This document shows positions 1 to 9,462 of a DNA stretch of 32,000 nt, piece after piece; position 1 is the first letter of the stretch; each line of letters begins with the position of its first letter. Source of the DNA: Fastidiosibacter lacustris (GTDB lineage Bacteria; Pseudomonadota; Gammaproteobacteria; Francisellales; Francisellaceae); NCBI RefSeq assembly GCF_003428155.1, contig NZ_QLIR01000006.1, forward strand, positions 60,001 through 92,000, in the 5' to 3' direction. The notes under the pieces are model-generated. The model saw only the letters and a program-made list of their open reading frames with translations. It searched no databases and was not told the origin of the DNA. A program made the translations under genes and the position numbers.

Positions 1-1053
1 TCTCAATTTGCACTAGGACTTCTGAAACAGCGTAACAAGTACAGTGACTATGGCTTGATCTTTGGTGGATATTTGGAAATTGATGCTCAAACTTGGAATG
101 GTAGTACAATACCTGCTATCTCGACAAATAATGGTCCAACAGGGGATAATACTAATAATTATCAATCAGGAAAAGGTATCTATATTACAACTGCAAACCT
201 TTATACTGCTGCAAACCTTGGTCGTTATGTAACAACAGAAATGACGTTAGCAACTGATCAAAATAATAATTTTCGTGTCAATGACGGTTTAGTGGTATTT
301 GGTAATTTAGATGACTATCCACTCTATGCTACTGTTGGTAAGAACCGCATTCCATTAGGTTCTTTCTCAGGTGGAGGTCCGTGGACAGGTTCATTAACAC
401 AAATGTTGTTTAGACCAGGTCGTGTGATTAATGCGTCATTGGCATACTATCAATATGGTTTAAGCACTAATGTAACATTCTTCCAAACCGATGATCACAC
501 CAGTAATTTTTCCTATGCCGCCTTTTATGGTAATACGGCAGGTGAATGGGGTTATGGCATCAATGGTGGTTATCTTTATAATGTAAATGGTACAAATAAT
601 TCATTTAACGCTGCTACAAACCTTGGAACAACTAAAACACGCATTGGTGCAGTAAACTTTGATGCAAGTCTAAATTACGATGTCTATGGTGTGGGCGCTG
701 GTTGGGCTCAAACGACGAATAAATCTAGTATAACAAACAACGGTTATGCTGGTGCGTGGTATGTGCAGGCGGGGTTTTCTCCAGAGATCTATGGTCGCTC
801 AACTAACTTTAATATCTCTTATAACGGTTCTTATAACACAAACGATATTCCAGTCACGCTAAGCGGTAGTGCGGTTAACGAGTATAAGCCCGCTAATGTT
901 GTAGCAGGGGGTGTAAATAAAATGGTTGTAGCATCTGCGCAACGTCCATTCTTTACTGAAAATGTATTGCTTGGTTTGGAGTACGCTTACATGCATATGT
1001 ACAACAATCAGCATGCTAATGCCTATACGCTAGATATTTCTGTGTATTTCTAA
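1..1053 (+). CDS. LbtU-like / DUF3573-type outer membrane beta-barrel protein (5' truncated by window edge)
   Basis: Frame is open from base 1 (SQFALGLLKQRNKYSDYGLIFGGYLEIDAQTW...) to TAA at 1053. Alternating beta-strand-like sequence with a C-terminal aromatic (DISVYF), typical of outer membrane barrels. The TTG at 55 is not a real start. Confidence 0.7.
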   Translation, partial: SQFALGLLKQRNKYSDYGLIFGGYLEIDAQTWNGSTIPAISTNNGPTGDNTNNYQSGKGIYITTANLYTAANLGRYVTTEMTLATDQNNNFRVNDGLVVFGNLDDYPLYATVGKNRIPLGSFSGGGPWTGSLTQMLFRPGRVINASLAYYQYGLSTNVTFFQTDDHTSNFSYAAFYGNTAGEWGYGINGGYLYNVNGTNNSFNAATNLGTTKTRIGAVNFDASLNYDVYGVGAGWAQTTNKSSITNNGYAGAWYVQAGFSPEIYGRSTNFNISYNGSYNTNDIPVTLSGSAVNEYKPANVVAGGVNKMVVASAQRPFFTENVLLGLEYAYMHMYNNQHANAYTLDISVYF

Positions 1054-1063
1054 TCTAATAGTT

Positions 1064-1083
1064 GTGATCCTTTAAAGGATCAC
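1064..1083. terminator. Perfect 20-nt palindrome GTGATCCTTTAAAGGATCAC just after the porin stop; possible terminator hairpin without a clear T-run
   Basis: Read directly from the sequence. Confidence 0.4.
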
Positions 1084-1296
1084 TCTATCAAGATCGATTG
1101 CCAATTGTGTTATTGCTTGTAATGCTATTTTGCTACTAAATGCATATCTTAAAATGGGGAAAAATATAAAGAGGAAAGAGCAAAGCAAATGATGAATTGA
1201 ATCTCACCTGTAACGTGGCAACATATCAATTTCCACTGGAATATATAAGTTTATGTCGAGAAACTCTGCCCCAGATATTGAAGTAATATCAAATTT

Positions 1297-2223
1297 TTAT
1301 ATGCTTACAGAGTCCGGAATGTAGGAACCAAATAAAGAAAAAATGAAATAGAGTGCGAAAAAACTCACAAAGCCAGCAATTGGCAGAAACGTGACCAAAA
1401 AATCTTTATCTAAGCCTTGCTCTTCTGCAAAAATAATTACCAAAAAACTTGGTGGTAAGCATGCACTAATCAAAATTACCATTTTTGCATAACCGGAAAC
1501 ATCAAAAAGTGAAACAAAAGCAAAAGCAATTCCATACCCCACTAGCATTTTTACAAATAGTGTCACTATAGACGGAAGCACATGTTTAGGGAAATATATG
1601 AAACGATATCCTAGGACAAACATAACCGCAGGTAAAATTAGATAACCAACGCTATTTAGCCCTTCGCTCAGGTAATAATTCATACCTCCAAAGATAAAAT
1701 GTATAAGCAGACCACAAACTACTGAAAGAGGTATTGGACCTAAAAAGAAGCTTCGAATAAATTTAAAGGACATGTGCTGCTTCGTGCCATAATAACAAGT
1801 AATAAAATAATTGAAGGTAAAAAGAATAATTGCATGTGTGATATCAAAAACAAAGAAAGTCGGTAGCGCTGGAGATCCATACAACAATAACACCAATGCT
1901 AAACCAATACTCCCTCCTTCTAAAGACGAGAAAGCCGCTACAAAAGAACCAGCTTCTATAGGTTTAATTTTTCTAATCCTAATATAGGCTATTGATACCA
2001 CAAACAGCCCCAATACAACGCAAACAGTAGCAAGAGGTAGTAATATTAAAGACGGTGAGATTTTAATGTTCGCCATTGCTGATATAATCATACATGGCAA
2101 TAGTAGGAAAGAAATACTTTGACTAATCCATTTCAAAAGTCGTTCAGAAACCCACGCACGCCTGCAACATAAAAATCCCAAAATACCAGCCAATACAGGA
2201 ATAAGTAAGTTTAAAATTAGCAT
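1297..2223 (-). CDS. AEC (auxin efflux carrier-like) family permease
   Basis: 308 aa, about 10 hydrophobic segments; layout of AEC family permeases (PVLAGILGFLCCRR..., C-terminal SACLPPSFLVIIFAEEQGLD). Confidence 0.6.
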   Translation of the reverse strand: MLILNLLIPVLAGILGFLCCRRAWVSERLLKWISQSISFLLLPCMIISAMANIKISPSLILLPLATVCVVLGLFVVSIAYIRIRKIKPIEAGSFVAAFSSLEGGSIGLALVLLLYGSPALPTFFVFDITHAIILFTFNYFITCYYGTKQHMSFKFIRSFFLGPIPLSVVCGLLIHFIFGGMNYYLSEGLNSVGYLILPAVMFVLGYRFIYFPKHVLPSIVTLFVKMLVGYGIAFAFVSLFDVSGYAKMVILISACLPPSFLVIIFAEEQGLDKDFLVTFLPIAGFVSFFALYFIFSLFGSYIPDSVSI

Positions 2224-2226
2224 TTT

Positions 2227-2931
2227 CTATACCGAGAATAATTTATAAAGAATCTCAGACACCCCATACCCTGCGGGTTTTGAAGAGACGTGCCCCTTTC
2301 TATCGTACACTACTTTTTGTACGTCAGTTTTCGCATTTGAAACGGTACAAGGTATAATTCGACTGTCAGCGAGGAGTCCTATGTCATTTTCACCATCCCC
2401 CACATAGTAGATTTCAGCATCTTGCGGCAAATATTGGAGCAAATTCACTTTATCTATTCTTGGCGGAACGACGTCTAAACCGCCATCGCCATCTGGGTAG
2501 GAATAGACACAAAGGTTCCATCCTTCGTCACTAATAAAGTCTTTGATTTTTTTCTCAGCTATCAAGACTTGAGAACCAAATTTTTTAGACCAAATAGATC
2601 GCTTTGGCTCTTCTCTGTAGGGAGGTAAATTTAATTGACCAATTTTTGCTTGAAAAGCTGATAAATCTGCGTTAGCAGGCTGTACGTAATCAATTTTGTC
2701 AGAGGGTATAACAATATGCCCGCCATTTTCCGCACAAATCATCCATGTATTAAGTTGAATATTAGCAGCAATTTCCTTTAGCAAGGGATAATCCTTTCCA
2801 GAGGCAAGAAATAATTTTACGCCGATTTCTTCTAATGCCACAAATTGTTGCATTAATTTTTCTGGAATTGGGTATCCAGGCATTTCAAGCGTTCCATCAC
2901 GATCAAATCCCACATAAATATTATGCAACAT
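2227..2931 (-). CDS. HAD-IIB superfamily sugar/phosphate phosphatase
   Basis: HAD motifs: GFDRDGTLE near the N-terminus, LASGKDY, and GDGENDIGLL near the C-terminus. Confidence 0.75.
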   Translation of the reverse strand: MLHNIYVGFDRDGTLEMPGYPIPEKLMQQFVALEEIGVKLFLASGKDYPLLKEIAANIQLNTWMICAENGGHIVIPSDKIDYVQPANADLSAFQAKIGQLNLPPYREEPKRSIWSKKFGSQVLIAEKKIKDFISDEGWNLCVYSYPDGDGGLDVVPPRIDKVNLLQYLPQDAEIYYVGDGENDIGLLADSRIIPCTVSNAKTDVQKVVYDRKGHVSSKPAGYGVSEILYKLFSV

Positions 2932-3038
2932 AGCGTCTCCTTAATGTTAATTTTAAAATATCTGCTTTAATGCCGGTCACAGAATAGTACCTGATAAAGT
3001 ACTTTTTGTGTTCTATATGTAATTTTTGTTATTTCTTT

Positions 3039-4235
3039 CTACTTTGTAAATGCCACAGAATCTCTTAAAAATAAAGATTCTTTGCGAGGGCTATCTTGAG
3101 TAATATGATTTAATGCAATTTTCCTATTGTTGTAGTGCGACAGAAGGAACTCCTGTTTGCCAAGCACAGGCGCTTGATTTGTCATTTTTACGCAACGGAC
3201 AATCTCTTTTGCCGCTTCGAAAGCAAGACTTAGTTTTGTAGGCCACACACCAAGAATTCCTGGGGTTACTTGGTATATGTATGCTTGATTAGGTCGACCA
3301 CCTTGCCCCAAGTCACTACTTTCTATTTTTGTGGCATTATATACAAAAGCGGTTAACCCAGACAGTCCTTTCAATAAAGGGAAAAGCCTAAAGAGTGATT
3401 GAATCTGTTGATTGAGATGGGATTTATCATTTGTATCGTCTTGCTCTGTTTCAATAACAGGATCAGTTCCAAACGTATACAACCAGTAAATCTTATTGCC
3501 TTTGTATTGTGGCACAATAAACATTTTCAACCCTGGAAATAGTACACTCAGATTTGGCAAATTTCCCTCTAGAACAAGTACCTGACAGCGTCTTTTTTGC
3601 ATATTTTGAGGTATTTTCCCAGGGATGTCGATCAAATCTACCAAGGCATCGTTACCAGAACCAGCGCATAAAATAACATACTTGGCTTCTATTTTCTTTT
3701 GTTGCTTATTATTTACCAAAATTACCTCATGCAGCCCACTAGAGCTTTCAGTAATTTTAGTGATGTTACCAACAATAAATGAATGAGTAAGTTCAAGACT
3801 GAGTCTATCTATCAATGATTGACCACTAAATAACATATGGGGAAATTGATAAAAAGTGTTGCAAGCACTTCTTGCTAAGACATCAGGAACTCTTTTAGTC
3901 CTTTCAAAAGGGATAGATGCCCCGCGCCAAGAATCCAACCACATAGCCTCATCATCAACAGAATTAAATCCAATATAAGATTGATTCACTGTTGTTTTTA
4001 ACTGCAACTCCTGAAGTAGCGACTCCCAATGTTGATAGGTGTTATTTAGAGTACGAGCAAAATCTACCTCTCGGTAGAAATGACCTCGATGCAAATAAAA
4101 TTGTGATCTAAGTGTCTGCATTCCACCGATATGTTCATTTGTAACACATAGCACAGAAGCTCCTTCTGATCTGAGTTTTTTTGTAAGAATTAATCCTTGT
4201 ATTCCTGCACCTACCACAACGACGTCAACTTTCAT
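3039..4235 (-). CDS. FAD-dependent oxidoreductase (DAO-like)
   Basis: N-terminal Rossmann motif VVVVGAGIQGLILTKKLRSEG; internal YVILCAGSGND. Confidence 0.75.
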   Translation of the reverse strand: MKVDVVVVGAGIQGLILTKKLRSEGASVLCVTNEHIGGMQTLRSQFYLHRGHFYREVDFARTLNNTYQHWESLLQELQLKTTVNQSYIGFNSVDDEAMWLDSWRGASIPFERTKRVPDVLARSACNTFYQFPHMLFSGQSLIDRLSLELTHSFIVGNITKITESSSGLHEVILVNNKQQKKIEAKYVILCAGSGNDALVDLIDIPGKIPQNMQKRRCQVLVLEGNLPNLSVLFPGLKMFIVPQYKGNKIYWLYTFGTDPVIETEQDDTNDKSHLNQQIQSLFRLFPLLKGLSGLTAFVYNATKIESSDLGQGGRPNQAYIYQVTPGILGVWPTKLSLAFEAAKEIVRCVKMTNQAPVLGKQEFLLSHYNNRKIALNHITQDSPRKESLFLRDSVAFTK

Positions 4236-4573
4236 AAAATCACCCTTCCCCTAATTGTGTAGAAATTTGCTATCCATGAGCTACAAACCGTAGAGTATCC
4301 TTGCAATAGGGTTGCTAAAAAATCAGGCGTAGCTCAGTATTTGATAATTTACAACCTTTGCTTATTAGCTTGCAAGAACTTTTCAAAATAAGTTATCGAA
4401 AGCGTAGGATCTATATTCCAAATCAGGTTAAGAGGGCTGTTCAAAATCTGACGATGAGGTCGATATTTTAATTGACGGAAGGGACTGGAGTGATTTAGTT
4501 CTACGAAGAGAGCTTAAAAAAGAGTTGATTGATCGTTGTAATGCTGTATATGGGAATATTTTTTCTTTAAATA

Positions 4574-4650
4574 TGGCGGAATGGACGGGACTCGAACCCG
4601 CGACCCCCTGCGTGACAGGCAGGTATTCTAACCAACTGAACTACCACTCC
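4574..4650 (-). tRNA. tRNA-Asp(GTC)
   Basis: Reverse complement GGAGTGGTAGTTCAGTTGG...CCTGTCACG...GGGTTCGAGTCCCGTCCATTCCGCCA; 7-bp acceptor stem GGAGTGG/CCATTCC, anticodon GTC, encoded CCA. Confidence 0.95.
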
Positions 4651-4659
4651 GCGATTTTA

Positions 4660-4735
4660 TGGTGCCGACACCAGGACTTGAACCCGGAACCTGCCGATTA
4701 CAAGTCGGCTGCTCTACCAGTTGAGCCATGTCGGC
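4660..4735 (-). tRNA. tRNA-Thr(TGT)
   Basis: Reverse complement GCCGACATGGCTCAACTGGTAGAGCAGCCGACTTGTAATCGGC...GTGTCGGCACCA; anticodon TGT, encoded CCA. Confidence 0.95.
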
Positions 4736-4746
4736 AACAAGATGGC

Positions 4747-4774
4747 ATTCTATAGGTTTCAGAATATAAGTCAA
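4747..4774 (-). promoter_or_regulatory. Sigma70-type promoter for the tRNA-Thr/tRNA-Asp unit
   Basis: On the minus strand TTGACT-N16-TAGAAT, ending about 12 nt before the tRNA-Thr 5' end. Confidence 0.7.
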
Positions 4775-5077
4775 CAGGTGAGTTTCAAAAAAAACATAAA
4801 AAATTTGAAGTTTAAGATCTCTTTGAAGATCGGAATTATTGATGTTAAATTCGAGATTGGGTATAAGTTTTTTTATTTTTTAACGGGTTGTATATGAACA
4901 GGAATATCCCTTATAGAAAGTTTAAACACAATCTGGATTTCGCATTTTTCAATCTAGCATTTTGGAATGATTGAGATCATACTTTTTAACAAAAAATAAT
5001 AGTTTACCGAGGCTTTGAAATAGCAGTGCATAGGTATATACTTGCTTACGAAAATTTGACAAAAAGGAGGAAATAAC

Positions 5078-6238
5078 ATGGATAACTTTATTTATTACAA
5101 TCCAACATGCATTTTTTTTGGAAAGGGTGAAATTAAACAACTGGCAATAGCAATTGATCGAAAACTTAAGGTATTGCTTGTCTATGGTGGTGGCAGCATT
5201 AAAGTTAATCGCGTTTATGATCAAGTCATGAATGCGTTAAAAGCACATCAAGTTTTGGAGTTTTCAGGGATCGAACCAAATCCTGAATACGAAACTTGTA
5301 TGAAGGTAGTGGAATATATTCATGTCAATAACGTTGATTTTGTTTTGGCTGTTGGCGGTGGTTCGGTAATTGACGCAGTCAAATTTATCGTTGCAGCTGC
5401 AAAATTTAAAGGAGATCCTTGGGATATTTTAGCTAAAAATGCAGATATCACTGAAGTCTTGCCTTTTGGTTCAGTATTAACCTTACCTGCAACTGGTTCT
5501 GAGATGAATAATAATTCAGTCATTTCTCGTCGTGCGTTCAATAAAAAACTTTTTTTCTCACATGATAAAGTTTATCCCGTATTCTCAATCCTTGATCCAG
5601 AAACAACATATACCTTGCCATCAAGACAAGTAGCAAATGGAATAGTCGATGCTTTTGTTCATGTAATGGAACAATATTTAACCTACCCACAGAATGCACC
5701 TTTGCAAGATAGATTTGCTGAAGGAATCTTGCAAACATTAATTGAAGAAGGGCAAAAAGTGCTTATTAACCCTCATAATTACGATGTGCGTGCTAACATT
5801 ATGTGGGCAGCAGCTCTGGCCTTAAACACACTTATTGAAAAGGGCGTTAAGACAGATTGGGCAACGCATATGATTGGTCATGAATTAACAGCGATTTATG
5901 GTTTGGATCACGCACAAACTTTAGCCATTATTTTGCCGAATGTAATGAAGTATAAGCGCGAGAAGAAAGCTGATAAACTTGTCCAATATGCTGAACGTGT
6001 TTGGGGTGTTGATAAAGCATTATCGAGTGAACAAAAAATCAATTTGGGAATAGAGAAAACGCGAGCTTTTTTTGAGAAGATGGGCAATCCTACTACGATC
6101 AGTGCATACAGCTTAAGTAAAGGTAAATTCGATGCCATTATAGAAAATTTAAGGCAAAATGGCAGATTTCAACTTGGTGAACATCAAGATATTACGCTCG
6201 AAGATAGTCGTAAAATCCTTGAAATGAGCTTTGAGTAA
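5078..6238 (+). CDS. Iron-containing alcohol dehydrogenase (YqhD/BdhA-like)
   Basis: 386 aa; VYGGGSIK, VLAVGGGSVIDAVKFIV, and the metal-binding region ATHMIGHELTAIYGLDHAQTLAI. AAAAGGAGG upstream as ribosome binding site. Confidence 0.85.
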   Translation: MDNFIYYNPTCIFFGKGEIKQLAIAIDRKLKVLLVYGGGSIKVNRVYDQVMNALKAHQVLEFSGIEPNPEYETCMKVVEYIHVNNVDFVLAVGGGSVIDAVKFIVAAAKFKGDPWDILAKNADITEVLPFGSVLTLPATGSEMNNNSVISRRAFNKKLFFSHDKVYPVFSILDPETTYTLPSRQVANGIVDAFVHVMEQYLTYPQNAPLQDRFAEGILQTLIEEGQKVLINPHNYDVRANIMWAAALALNTLIEKGVKTDWATHMIGHELTAIYGLDHAQTLAIILPNVMKYKREKKADKLVQYAERVWGVDKALSSEQKINLGIEKTRAFFEKMGNPTTISAYSLSKGKFDAIIENLRQNGRFQLGEHQDITLEDSRKILEMSFE

Positions 6239-6349
6239 TATTTTTTTGATAACATACTAGTCAGCCCCCTTATTTTTGCTTTAAACTTTTAGTTGGAAAA
6301 GTTTAATGAAGCCTTCTGCGAATAACAGAAGAAGCAAAAAGGAGTTTAT

Positions 6350-6736
6350 ATGACCACAGTGACAAGACCAAAACGAGTGTATGCAGCCATTTGGATGCTC
6401 TATGCAGCAAGTATTCTTGGGCTTTTAGATTTGTTGACTTCATCAACTTTAATTATTCAGCCTGAGAATTTGATCTGGATTGATGTCATTGCTTATCTTG
6501 TAATGATTGGAGCCGCTTTTGTGATTAGTTTAGGAGTGAAAGCTGCTAAAGTCGTTTATATTATTCTCGCTGTGATGTGGTATTTAGCTCTTATCTTCTA
6601 CTTGCCTGAACGTTATGGTCATCCGCTTAATTTTTGGTTGGCGTTTATAGAAATCATCTTGATCATTGCTGCGTTTTATATCTTATACCAACCAAAAGCA
6701 ATGCGTTGGTTTAAACATGTGAAAGCATCATCTTAA
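6350..6736 (+). CDS. Small four-helix membrane protein of unknown function
   Basis: 128 aa with four hydrophobic segments; AAAAGGAG ribosome binding site upstream. Confidence 0.65.
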   Translation: MTTVTRPKRVYAAIWMLYAASILGLLDLLTSSTLIIQPENLIWIDVIAYLVMIGAAFVISLGVKAAKVVYIILAVMWYLALIFYLPERYGHPLNFWLAFIEIILIIAAFYILYQPKAMRWFKHVKASS

Positions 6737-6862
6737 CTGCTTTTACATATTTCGTGCTTTTGCTAGATAAGCTTATTGTGTTCACGAGAACGGGACACTC
6801 ATAGCCACAAGCTAACAAGGTGGTTTGTTTGTCATCGTGTACAAAACTCATTGTAGCCGACA

Positions 6863-6890
6863 TTGTCAAATCATTCATAACTGATATACT
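6863..6890 (+). promoter_or_regulatory. Sigma70-type promoter upstream of glyQ
   Basis: TTGTCA-N16-TATACT, 34 nt before the annotated glyQ start. Confidence 0.6.
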
Positions 6891-6923
6891 TTTGCTACAT
6901 TCGTTTATATGGATTTATAAGCT

Positions 6924-7811
6924 GTGCTTACGTTTCAAGAAATTATATTTAAACTTCAACAATATTGGGCTGAAAAAGGTTGTATGATTGTTCAGCCTTT
7001 AGATATGGAGGTCGGTGCAGGCACCTTTCACCCGTCGACTTTTTTGCGTGCAATTGGTCCTGAGAGCTGGAATGCAGCTTATGTTCAGCCATCACGCAGA
7101 CCAACGGATGGTCGTTATGGTGACAATCCAAATCGTGGGCAGCATTATTATCAATTTCAAGTGGTAATGAAGCCTTCACCAAAGGATTTTCAGGAGTTGT
7201 ATTTGGGGTCGTTGTGTCTATTGGGAATTGATCCTCTAGAACATGATATTCGTTTTGTAGAAGACAATTGGGAGTCTCCAACTCTCGGTGCTTGGGGTTT
7301 AGGTTGGGAAGTATGGGCAAATGGTATGGAAGTGACGCAATTTACCTATTTTCAGCAAGTTGGGGGGTTGGAGTGTAAACCCATAACTGGCGAGATCACT
7401 TATGGTCTTGAGCGTTTGGCAATGTATTTGCAAAACGTTGATAGCATGTATGATTTATTATGGGCAAACACTGCAATGGGACCGGTTTATTATCGTGATG
7501 TATTCCAGCAAAATGAGCGAGAAATGTCACAATATAACTTCGAAGAAGCAGATGTAGAACATTTGTTTAATGAGTTTGAGTTTTTGGAGAAGGAAAGTGC
7601 GCGTCTTTTGGAAAAAGGTTTAGCATTACCTGCCTATGAGATGATGTTAAAGGCCTCACATGCATTTAATATGCTTGATGCTCGCCATGCCATTTCAGCT
7701 ACTGAGCGACAGCGCTATATCTTGCGTGTGCGTGCTTTATCAAGAGCTGTAGCCGAAGTGTATTATAGATCACGTGAAAAACTAGGGTTTCCTGTTTTAC
7801 AAAATATTTAA
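6924..7811 (+). CDS. glyQ: Glycyl-tRNA synthetase alpha subunit
   Basis: Highly conserved GlyQ sequence: [44 protein letters not shown]...[19 protein letters not shown]. Confidence 0.97.
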   Translation: MLTFQEIIFKLQQYWAEKGCMIVQPLDMEVGAGTFHPSTFLRAIGPESWNAAYVQPSRRPTDGRYGDNPNRGQHYYQFQVVMKPSPKDFQELYLGSLCLLGIDPLEHDIRFVEDNWESPTLGAWGLGWEVWANGMEVTQFTYFQQVGGLECKPITGEITYGLERLAMYLQNVDSMYDLLWANTAMGPVYYRDVFQQNEREMSQYNFEEADVEHLFNEFEFLEKESARLLEKGLALPAYEMMLKASHAFNMLDARHAISATERQRYILRVRALSRAVAEVYYRSREKLGFPVLQNI

Positions 7812-7875
7812 ATCTTATCCCCATATATCGTCTTTTATGGCATCATAGCGAGCAAATTCGCTAAAAGGGACAATT

Positions 7876-9462
7876 ATGTTCATTATCTTCTTAATTCTTG
7901 CATTTATAATCGGTTTGACAGTCGGGATCATTGTCATAAGACTAAGTTCAAAAGAGCTTAAGAACAAACTTAAAATACTTGAGGTTTCAATTGATGATTT
8001 AACCAGAACGAATCTGGAAACAGCAGCAGAGCTTCAGCAAAAAAAAGAACAAAACTTAATACTAAATACCGAGCATAAGCATTATCAAGAACACCAACAA
8101 AAACTCATTCAAGAGTTAAGCTTATTTAAGCAAAAATTTGAAATTAGAAATGATGAAGTCATAAAACTACAAAATAAATCAGCCACTGATGATGCTAAGG
8201 CAGATGCTTTAAATTCAGAAGTTTTACGTTTAAAGCAAGAATTAGTTGAGCTTAAAAAACAATATCAAGAAACGATTGAGCGTGCAAATAATAAACTAGA
8301 AGCACTCGGGACAGAAAAGTCAAATTTGCAAGCAGAAGTATCTAAGCTTGGTAAACATATAGAAGCACAAAGCCAAAGTGCACAAGAGAAAATAACACTA
8401 TTGGAAAATGCCAAGACAAGCTTAACCGAGCAGTTTGAAAATTTAGCTAATCGCATTTTTGAAGAAAAAGGAGAGAAGTTTGTCAATCAGAATAAGCTTA
8501 ATCTTGCGGAGATACTACAACCTTTCAAAAACGATATAACTGAATTTAAAAAGAAAGTTGATGATGTATATGTGCATGAAGCAAAAGAGCGTGCTTCACT
8601 GCAAAAAGAAGTCAATAAATTATTTGAACTTAATCAAGAAATGAATAAAGAAGCGAAGAACCTCACCAAAGCTTTAAAAGGAGATAAAAAACTGCAAGGT
8701 GATTGGGGTGAGGTGATATTGGAACGTGTGCTTGAATCATCAGGTTTACGTAAAAGTTACGAATATGAAGTCCAAAATAGCTATAAAGCACAAGATGAAG
8801 AGGATAAAGATGTGCATTTGCGACCTGACGTCATTGTTCATTTACCAGATGGCAAAGATGTAATTATTGATGCTAAAGTATCACTTGTTAGTTATGAAGC
8901 GTACACGCGTTCAGAGTCAGAAGCAATGCGTTTAGAGTGTTTGAAAAAACATATTGGGGCGATTCGACAGCATATTAATCTATTATCAGATAAAGGTTAT
9001 GAAGCCTTGTCAAGGCTTAACTCTCTTGATTTTATTTTGATGTTTATGCCAATTGAAGCAGCTTTTGTTGTTGCATTTCAGCATGATGATGCGCTTTTCC
9101 ACGAAGCATTTAAAAAACGGATTATCATTGTGACACCCACAACTTTGCTTGCTACATTAGGTACGATTAGGAATACTTGGAACTATGAAAGATTAAATAA
9201 AAATGCAAGTGAAATTACAGAACGTGCTACTAAGATGCTTGATAAATTTAGAGGATTTGTTGAGGATATTGAGTCTTTAGGTAAGCAAATTGATAAGTCA
9301 AAGGAATGTTATGAGGGTGCACTCAATAAACTCAGCAAAGGACGAGGAAATTTGATTTCTCAGGCACTACAACTAGAAAACATGGGTGTTCAAATGAGAA
9401 AAACGTTGCCTCAAGATATATTGGATCAAGCAGAAGTAGAACCTAATAATGAAGATAAATAG
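7876..9462 (+). CDS. rmuC: DNA recombination protein RmuC
   Basis: N-terminal TM helix and long coiled coil, then the RmuC domain (LQGDWGEVILERVLESSGLRKSYEYEVQ...PDVIVHLPDGKDVIIDAKVSLVSYEAY). Confidence 0.92.
   Translation: MFIIFLILAFIIGLTVGIIVIRLSSKELKNKLKILEVSIDDLTRTNLETAAELQQKKEQNLILNTEHKHYQEHQQKLIQELSLFKQKFEIRNDEVIKLQNKSATDDAKADALNSEVLRLKQELVELKKQYQETIERANNKLEALGTEKSNLQAEVSKLGKHIEAQSQSAQEKITLLENAKTSLTEQFENLANRIFEEKGEKFVNQNKLNLAEILQPFKNDITEFKKKVDDVYVHEAKERASLQKEVNKLFELNQEMNKEAKNLTKALKGDKKLQGDWGEVILERVLESSGLRKSYEYEVQNSYKAQDEEDKDVHLRPDVIVHLPDGKDVIIDAKVSLVSYEAYTRSESEAMRLECLKKHIGAIRQHINLLSDKGYEALSRLNSLDFILMFMPIEAAFVVAFQHDDALFHEAFKKRIIIVTPTTLLATLGTIRNTWNYERLNKNASEITERATKMLDKFRGFVEDIESLGKQIDKSKECYEGALNKLSKGRGNLISQALQLENMGVQMRKTLPQDILDQAEVEPNNEDK

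Noticed and set aside
4525-4755. 76-aa plus-strand ORF (MAEWTGLEPATPCVTGR...HQDLNPEPADYKSAA)
   Set aside because: It is the antisense translation of the tRNA-Asp and tRNA-Thr genes, a well-known spurious ORF type.
4949-5738. Minus-strand ORFs 4949-5224, 5320-5541, 5538-5738 (and 5908-6138)
   Set aside because: Antisense to the Fe-alcohol dehydrogenase gene or its upstream region, with no supporting motifs.
6949-7320. 123-aa ORF antisense to glyQ
   Set aside because: Fully contained within the strongly conserved glyQ coding sequence.
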